A stretch of 22,136 nt of DNA from Verrucomicrobiota bacterium (GTDB lineage: Bacteria > Verrucomicrobiota > Verrucomicrobiia > Opitutales > Cerasicoccaceae), in NCBI GenBank assembly GCA_039818205.1, contig JBCBUK010000025.1:13673-35808 (forward strand), written 5' to 3'. Shown here one piece after another: positions 16,754 to 22,136 of this stretch; position 1 is the stretch's first letter, and each line of letters starts with the position of its first letter. A program made the position numbers and the translations under genes. Below the pieces are notes generated by a model, which saw only the letters and a program-made list of their open reading frames with translations, did not search any database and was not told the origin of the DNA.

Positions 16754-17647
16754 TCAGCCAGCGGTTTCGCGGACGTTCACGGTAAACGGGATGAAGCGTT
16801 CAATGCCATCCACCTTTACCTGAGCCCAAATGCGATAGCTTCCCGGGATATGGGTATTGAGCACGAACTCGAGTTCGGGACTCGGGTTCTTTTCTTTGCC
16901 CGTATATTTCGGATGCAGGTGGGCAAACCCGCGAAGCTCTTCGTCAAACGCAACCAAGTGCGCCCAAGCGCCCATCACTGGTTCCAGAATAGCCGGTTCA
17001 CCGTCGGAGCGCGAAATCTTAAGCATCAATCGGGAGTCTTGATTCACACTAGGAACGCTTGGATCCGCAACCAGCTCGGCCGTCCAACCTGTGGGCAAAC
17101 TACTGGAAGAGTGATTAAAGCCAGGTGTGCCGGCAGGCTCAATATTTAGCCCGCCTTCGGCGATGACGACTTGTCGGGTTTTTGACGGAACAAACTCGGC
17201 AAAGATTTGGTAACGACCGGCCACCTGCGGCGTGAATTCAAATTGCCAATCACCTGAAAGTCCGACGGGCTCCGGGTGAACATGAAAATAATCATTCCGA
17301 TCCGCATCGACGACCAGCACATGCATCAACTCGGTATGGGTGATTGCAAGTTCCTGCGCAGAAATGGGGCGACCGCCCTTGGTGGCAACGCTCAGCGTCA
17401 CGTTGACTGTCTGACCGGCAAAAAGGCGTTCCTTCTCAGTCGTGACTGAAAAATCGACTGGGTAAGCGAGCTCGCCCACCTCAACAAAAACCGGAGTATC
17501 GTTTCCACAGTATTCAATGCCGTCGCCATCAACGACTGGCGGATCATAGTGCAAGAAACCGCACTCAATATCGGGCAAGGACCGCAGCCCGACAAACAGA
17601 CCAGCGGCAGCGGCGGTAATCAATGCGGTTTGGACGGTTTTCTTCAT
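16754..17647 (-). CDS. Membrane-anchored/secreted His-rich two-repeat protein, probable copper-handling protein (YtkA/FixH-like Ig folds)
   Basis: N-terminal hydrophobic segment; duplicated motifs THTELMHVLVV..YFHVHP..GRYQIFAEF and MGAWAHLVAF..FAHLHP..GSYRIWAQV; 8 bp downstream of the SCO gene. Confidence 0.65.
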   Translation of the reverse strand: MKKTVQTALITAAAAGLFVGLRSLPDIECGFLHYDPPVVDGDGIEYCGNDTPVFVEVGELAYPVDFSVTTEKERLFAGQTVNVTLSVATKGGRPISAQELAITHTELMHVLVVDADRNDYFHVHPEPVGLSGDWQFEFTPQVAGRYQIFAEFVPSKTRQVVIAEGGLNIEPAGTPGFNHSSSSLPTGWTAELVADPSVPSVNQDSRLMLKISRSDGEPAILEPVMGAWAHLVAFDEELRGFAHLHPKYTGKEKNPSPELEFVLNTHIPGSYRIWAQVKVDGIERFIPFTVNVRETAG

Positions 17648-17655
17648 CGGCAGAC

Positions 17656-18498
17656 CTAGTTTTCCTCGCGTTCTTTCAATTTGTCAAAGAATTCGTAGGG
17701 GCTCCAGATCGAGCCTTCTTTGCGGTAGACGACCTTGCCAAACTTATCGATGAGAACCGTCGCCATCGTGTGGTTGATGGTTCCGTCCTCCTCGATCGTC
17801 AGGATTCCAAACTGCTTCATCAGATTATCGATGGCGGTCGGATTCCCGGTTAACAAGCGCATGTTCTTGAAGTGAGCCCCCCGTTGACGCGCATACTCGT
17901 TCAAAATCCCCGGCGTATCGTACTCCGGATCGAAGGTAATCGTCACGATTTGAGCGTCCCGCAGACCCTCTTTATCGATCATCTTCTGTAACATCATCAT
18001 GCGAGCCGTCGATGCCGGGCACATATTGGGCATCTCGCAACGCGTGAAAATGAAATTAAACACGACGTTCTTTCCCTTGAGCGTGGCCTTGCGGACGAGG
18101 TTTCCCTCCTGATCATAGAGCGCAAAATCCGGAATGTAGTCGCCCAGCGAGCGGAACGCCTTCCGGCCGAGGGTGATCGTGTCGTCGTTGAGCTTTCGGT
18201 TGACGTCTCGGGCAACCTTGCGGTCAACCGCGTCGTTGGGCCAAATTCCATACAGCGTTGCAGGCTCGGTAGCCGCGTCGAGCTCCCCGATGATCTCGCG
18301 GCCGACGTAGCCGATCCGCGCGTCTCCCGTAGTAACCCGGACGACCTGGTCATCCTCCAGCGTCAAGGTGTTAGCCGCCGGGTCCGCGGCAACGACCGTG
18401 GCCCGAATGCTTTCGGCAGTGGCACCCAATGGCACCATCAAGCAACCGATTGCAAATACAAGGCGATGAAACAGGGTTGTCGTTTGCTTTCCAATCAT
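17656..18498 (-). CDS. SCO1/SenC family copper chaperone with an N-terminal extra domain
   Basis: PDFALYDQEG, LKGKNVVFNFIFTRCEMPNMCP, TITFDPEYDTP, LLTG, INHTMATVLIDKFG; signal peptide. Confidence 0.9.
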   Translation of the reverse strand: MIGKQTTTLFHRLVFAIGCLMVPLGATAESIRATVVAADPAANTLTLEDDQVVRVTTGDARIGYVGREIIGELDAATEPATLYGIWPNDAVDRKVARDVNRKLNDDTITLGRKAFRSLGDYIPDFALYDQEGNLVRKATLKGKNVVFNFIFTRCEMPNMCPASTARMMMLQKMIDKEGLRDAQIVTITFDPEYDTPGILNEYARQRGAHFKNMRLLTGNPTAIDNLMKQFGILTIEEDGTINHTMATVLIDKFGKVVYRKEGSIWSPYEFFDKLKEREEN

Positions 18499-18545
18499 CT
18501 TTGTTTACCAGTTTACGCAATTCACGAGATTATCAACCGAGAATC

Positions 18546-19595
18546 ATGCCTCGTTTCATAAATCGCAGCGATCGTTATCACCCCTATTTGTTCTGGTTCA
18601 CGTTTTTCTGCTTCGGATGGGCGCTTTTTGCCCTCTACGCCGGCGCTTACACAACCAGCATTCAGGCAGGAATGGTGTTCCTGGATTGGCCACTTTCGAA
18701 CTCCTCGGTCATGCCCGAAGGCTGGTGGGAGGATCAGCAGATGCGGGCTGAGCATGGGCACCGCCTGCTCACCGCCGCTCTTGGTATCCTGGTAATCATC
18801 CTAACGGCGTGGATTTTCGTCAAAGATGACCGGAAATGGGTTCGTCGCCTGGCATTTAGCCTACTGGCGATGATCATCCTCCAGGGATTACTGGGCGGTC
18901 TCCGTGTGCGCTTTGACCAGCTCAACACGGGCGCCGAAACCAATGTGGTTGGCTATACCTTTCGGATTCTTCACGCGCTGGGAGCCGAGTTTACGCTCGG
19001 TCTGCTGGTGGCATTGGCGCTCGTGGTTTCCCGCCGCTGGATCGAAAAGCATTGCGGGATCACAAAAGTCGTTCCCCAAAAGGTTCGCTGGTGGGGACTT
19101 GCGGCCGTTGCGCTGTTAATTGCGCAAATTTTGCTCGGGGCGCTGATGCGCCATGCCGGTGCTGGCCTTGCGATTTCGACCTTTCCCCTCACCCCAGAAG
19201 GTGGAATTTTCCCAGCGACCTGGACAACACCCGTCACCCTGCACTGGCTCCATCGCCTCGGCGCGGTCATCGTGACCGTCGTGTTAGTGGTCTTCCTGGG
19301 GATGCTTTGGGGCCGGCGAAGCTGTCGCGAGGCCTTTGGTGGATGGGTCATTGGGATCACCCTGCTGCTGGCTTTCCAGATTTTTCTGGGCGCGGCAACC
19401 GTTTGGACCCATAAGAATCCCGTGATGGCTTCTACCCACATGTTGGCAGGCGCATTGCTGCTATCTGGAACGTGGCTACTCACTCTGCAAACTTTCCGCT
19501 TGCCCCTCGCCGAGGGGAAGCTAACCAATATAGGTTTTAATCCGTCTCATAAGCAACGAACTACTACCGGATCAGCCGATCCTGTCTCCCCCTAA
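18546..19595 (+). CDS. ctaA: Heme A synthase (COX15/CtaA family)
   Basis: AGMVFLDWP, EHGHR, QGLLGGLRV, ILHALG, QILLGALMRH, HWLHRLGA, QIFLGA, STHMLAG; about 8 TM helices; ATG 18546 avoids overlap with the SCO gene. Confidence 0.88.
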   Translation: MPRFINRSDRYHPYLFWFTFFCFGWALFALYAGAYTTSIQAGMVFLDWPLSNSSVMPEGWWEDQQMRAEHGHRLLTAALGILVIILTAWIFVKDDRKWVRRLAFSLLAMIILQGLLGGLRVRFDQLNTGAETNVVGYTFRILHALGAEFTLGLLVALALVVSRRWIEKHCGITKVVPQKVRWWGLAAVALLIAQILLGALMRHAGAGLAISTFPLTPEGGIFPATWTTPVTLHWLHRLGAVIVTVVLVVFLGMLWGRRSCREAFGGWVIGITLLLAFQIFLGAATVWTHKNPVMASTHMLAGALLLSGTWLLTLQTFRLPLAEGKLTNIGFNPSHKQRTTTGSADPVSP

Positions 19596-20527
19596 TGAGC
19601 TCCCCTTCCAGTAATCCAAGCATAGACCGCGTCGCCCCGATGACGTGGACTGAGCGCTTTGCCATCCGAGATTACTGGGAACTCACGAAACCACGCCTTA
19701 GCTTGTTGTCGGTTATCACGGCGCTGGTGGGCTACATGGTCGCGGATTCGCACCGCGATGCGGGTGTTTTTATTTCACTTTTGTTGGGAACTTCGTTGGC
19801 GGCAGGCGCAGCGGGCGCACTCAACCAATGGTTGGAACGTGAGGTGGATCGACGCATGGCTCGCACGAAAGACCGTCCGTTGCCAAGCGGTTCGGTATCG
19901 CCTCAAGCAGCATTGATTTTCGGTCTCCTCCTGGGAATCGGCGGAACCACCCTCGTTTGGTTTGGCGCAAATCCGCTCGCCGGAGGCCTAACCTTGGCGA
20001 CCTTAGTTTCTTACCTGCTCGTCTACACGCCGCTCAAGCGCGTCACCACCTGGAACACCTTGATTGGCGCGATCCCGGGTGCGCTTCCTCCGCTCATTGG
20101 ATGTGCCGCAGCTCAAGGGCAGATTGATTTTCTCGGCTGGATTCTCTTTGGCATTTTGTTCACCTGGCAAATCCCTCATTTTATGGCGATCGCCTGGCTT
20201 TACCGAGACGACTACGCACAGGGTGGATTCGCGATGAGCACCGTGTCCGATCCATCCGGAAACAGTGCCGCTCTGCAATCCTTGGCCAACGCCTTCATTC
20301 TTCTTGCGATAAGCGTGCTGCCGTCCTTCCTTGGCTACACCAGCTGGTGGCTCTACGGGATTGCGGCCATGTTTTGCGGCGTCTGGTATTTGCTACGCTC
20401 TTTCCAGTTCTGGCGGGCGAACTCCAATCGCCGCACCTTGAGCGCCCGCAAACTGTTCATCGCCTCGATTGCCTACCTCCCCATTCTGCTCGGCGCTCTC
20501 GTGGTTGATCGTTGGCTAATCGTGTAA
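19595..20527 (+). CDS. ctaB: Protoheme IX farnesyltransferase (heme O synthase)
   Basis: ELTKPRL, ALNQWLEREVDRRMARTKDRPLPSG, YTPLKR, GAIPGALPPLIG, WQIPHF..IAW..RDDY; TAATG stop/start overlap with ctaA. Confidence 0.97.
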   Translation: MSSPSSNPSIDRVAPMTWTERFAIRDYWELTKPRLSLLSVITALVGYMVADSHRDAGVFISLLLGTSLAAGAAGALNQWLEREVDRRMARTKDRPLPSGSVSPQAALIFGLLLGIGGTTLVWFGANPLAGGLTLATLVSYLLVYTPLKRVTTWNTLIGAIPGALPPLIGCAAAQGQIDFLGWILFGILFTWQIPHFMAIAWLYRDDYAQGGFAMSTVSDPSGNSAALQSLANAFILLAISVLPSFLGYTSWWLYGIAAMFCGVWYLLRSFQFWRANSNRRTLSARKLFIASIAYLPILLGALVVDRWLIV

Positions 20528-20592
20528 CCAACCGGCGCTGATCACACAGATTTCCGTTTGAAATCTTTGTGCAAAATTAGGCGAAAGATTGC

Positions 20593-20621
20593 TTTACAAG
20601 CAGCGGTCAGCGGTGCATTTT
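20593..20621 (+). promoter_or_regulatory. Putative sigma70 promoter of tRNA-Leu
   Basis: TTTACA (20593-20598), 17 nt, CATTTT (20616-20621), 19 nt before the tRNA. Confidence 0.55.
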
Positions 20622-20640
20622 CTCACTTTTTCCGAAGTAA

Positions 20641-20725
20641 GCCTGGGTGGCGGAATTGGTAGACGCGGCGGACTCAAAATCCGCTTCCTTCGGGAGTGTG
20701 GGTTCGATTCCCACCCCAGGTACCA
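20641..20725 (+). tRNA. tRNA-Leu (anticodon CAA)
   Basis: Acceptor stem GCCTGGG/CCCAGGT, D-loop GGAATTGGTAGAC, anticodon arm GCGGA-CTCAAAA-TCCGC, long variable arm TTCC-TTCG-GGAG, T-arm GTGGG-TTCGATT-CCCAC, encoded ACCA end; 85 nt. Confidence 0.97.
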
Positions 20726-20731
20726 TCGGAT

Positions 20732-20766
20732 AAAACCCGCATCGTTACTAGCGTTGCGGGTTTTTT
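20732..20766 (+). terminator. Rho-independent (possibly bidirectional) terminator of tRNA-Leu
   Basis: AAAACCCGCA...TGCGGG followed by TTTTTT. Confidence 0.85.
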
Positions 20767-20851
20767 CGTGCTCAAAACCAAAAAGCGAATACCCCAGACC
20801 AGTCTCAATAATTCTCGAATTATATGCACAAATTATCGCTTTACACATCAA

Positions 20852-20877
20852 ACGCGGCGGACTAAAAGTCCGCTTCC
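20852..20877 (+). repeat. Direct repeat of the tRNA-Leu anticodon arm (24/26 identical to 20663-20688)
   Basis: ACGCGGCGGACTaAAAgTCCGCTTCC versus the tRNA's ACGCGGCGGACTcAAAaTCCGCTTCC. Confidence 0.85.
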
Positions 20878-21013
20878 ATGAAGAGACGTAAAGACTTCGC
20901 CCTTTCAAGCACAGAGAAGGCGGACGCAACCGGACTGTCGAAGCAGTCTATGACGGTCAGATGAAGCCATTGCGTTAGTAAGGAAGGCACAAGAGAGCTT
21001 ATTTCGGCTTGGG

Positions 21014-21766
21014 AACCCAGCGCTCATAATTGCCGACTATCTAACCGATGAACTCTACGGCCTTGGGGTTGATTGGGACACCGGACTTGCCATTGATGAG
21101 TTAGAGGCGGCAGCGAACGCTTGTAATGAGCTACCGGATCCTGAAGGCCCTCCCCGCTTCTTGTGCGATGGAGCTTTTGAATCTGACGAAGAGCCCGCAA
21201 AGGTTATCGAAACGCTGGCCGGCAGCATGGCTGGGCGAGTCTTTGAATCTGGGGGCCAATGGGTAATACATGCTGGAGTATGGCGCACCCCAGAGCTAGA
21301 CCTTACAGAAGCTGACCTATTGTCAGGGCTAAACCTCTCTACCCGATCAGAAAGGGATCTAGGAAATGGAGCGAAGGGAACATTCTTGTCCAAGGATGAG
21401 AACTGGTCACCTGTCGACTTCGAGCCGGTATCCGATGACCAAGCATTACTTGAAGATGCAAATCGTCGTGGCTGGATAGATCAGGAATTCAGGTTTACCA
21501 CCGAGGAAGATATCGCAAGGCGGTTAGCATCAATCAATTTAAAGACTCTCAGATCAGCTGACAATCAGATTTCTGCTGAGTTCACAATGAGATCTATGCA
21601 ACTACGGCCGGGAGATATCGTGACGTTTACCTACCCGCGGTTTGGATGGATAAGCAAAACATTTGAGGTCCAGACATGGCGCTGGATACCTCCACAAGAT
21701 AACAAGGGCTTCAAGGTGGCAATGACTTTGGCAGGAATAAACGAAACCGATTTCGATGAAATTTAA
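21014..21766 (+). pseudogene. Fragment of a siphophage tail-tip / host-specificity (gpJ-like, Phage-tail_3) protein
   Basis: Reading upstream in frame of the 21161 ORF gives NPALIIADYLTDELYGLG...ELEAAANACNE...RFLCDG; later SMAGRVFESGGQWVIHAG, ARRLASINL, LRPGDIVTFTYPRFGWISKTFEV. There is an in-frame stop at 20951 and no ATG/GTG/TTG before 21161. Confidence 0.78.
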
Positions 21767-22079
21767 TGCAGTCACATTGTAGACTCTCGTCAATCAACTG
21801 ATCCCAGTAGGTTCTTCATGAACTCTGAACTCAGGTTCTCGTTGAATCGCCTCAGCTCCATCACAGGAAATTGACTCGTATATTGATAATTTCTCCTCAA
21901 AATTCTCTAATGTTTTCACAATTAGTCTGATGGATAAAAAAACTGACAAAAAAAAGTTCACCGCATCCAATTTGAAGCCTCTGGGTCTACTTTGTGGCAT
22001 TGTATTGCTTCTTTGGTTGTTCTATTTCTACAGTTTCGACTGGATCTACTTTGCTTATACTAACCTGTTAGCTCAAAGA

Positions 22080-22136
22080 ATGGAAACCATCGAAGACTAC
22101 AAGAATCTCGCTTCGATCATCGAATCGTTCTTCAAG
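22080..22136 (+). CDS. Start of a hypothetical protein running off the window
   Basis: METIEDYKNLASIIESFFK is open to the window end; TATACT -10-like hexamer at 22056-22061. Confidence 0.4.
   Translation, partial: METIEDYKNLASIIESFFK

Noticed and set aside
16735..16823. Extended 252-aa Pcp as called by the ORF track
   Set aside because: The tail results from the frameshift and overlaps the convergent gene.
18429..18545. Upstream ATG for ctaA (388-aa version)
   Set aside because: Overlaps the divergent SCO start and adds a non-conserved-looking leader; ATG 18546 fits better.
20663..20877. The two 26-nt repeats as a mini CRISPR array
   Set aside because: Only two copies, 163 nt apart, one is part of a tRNA, and no cas genes are present.
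20589..20929. ORFs on both strands spanning the tRNA
   Set aside because: They overlap a canonical tRNA-Leu and its terminator; no protein features.
21794..22000. 68-aa minus-strand ORF
   Set aside because: No recognisable motif; the hydrophobic stretch derives from poly-A/T runs. Cannot be supported, though not excluded.

Overview
Bacterial chromosomal window. Protein styles (Hanks kinase with an SPQ motif, sulfatase, beta-helix proteins, a secreted protein ending in a ...FLRLRL domain, few Shine-Dalgarno sites) suggest Verrucomicrobiota/Opitutales; this is an inference. From left to right: two secreted right-handed beta-helix proteins (-); a divergent membrane Ser/Thr kinase with an extracytoplasmic FGE-sulfatase/C-type-lectin-fold domain plus a stand-alone FHA gene (+); ABM monooxygenase, VOC/glyoxalase, a multidomain di-heme cytochrome c peroxidase-family protein and an arylsulfatase (-); orphan tatA, pgk-tpiA-DUF2007 membrane gene and a pcp gene with a +1 frameshift (+); a divergent copper/heme A assembly cluster (His-rich protein and Cx5C SCO on -, Cys-less ctaA and ctaB on +); tRNA-Leu(CAA) with promoter and terminator; then a degenerate partial copy of the tRNA locus, a start-less phage tail-tip fragment and AT-rich DNA that probably marks the edge of a decayed island or prophage. 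No CRISPR array, integrase, transposase or reverse transcriptase was seen. The best leads are the kinase-lectin/FHA module facing glycan-enzyme genes, the atypical Cu/heme A cluster, and the tRNA echo plus phage remnant.
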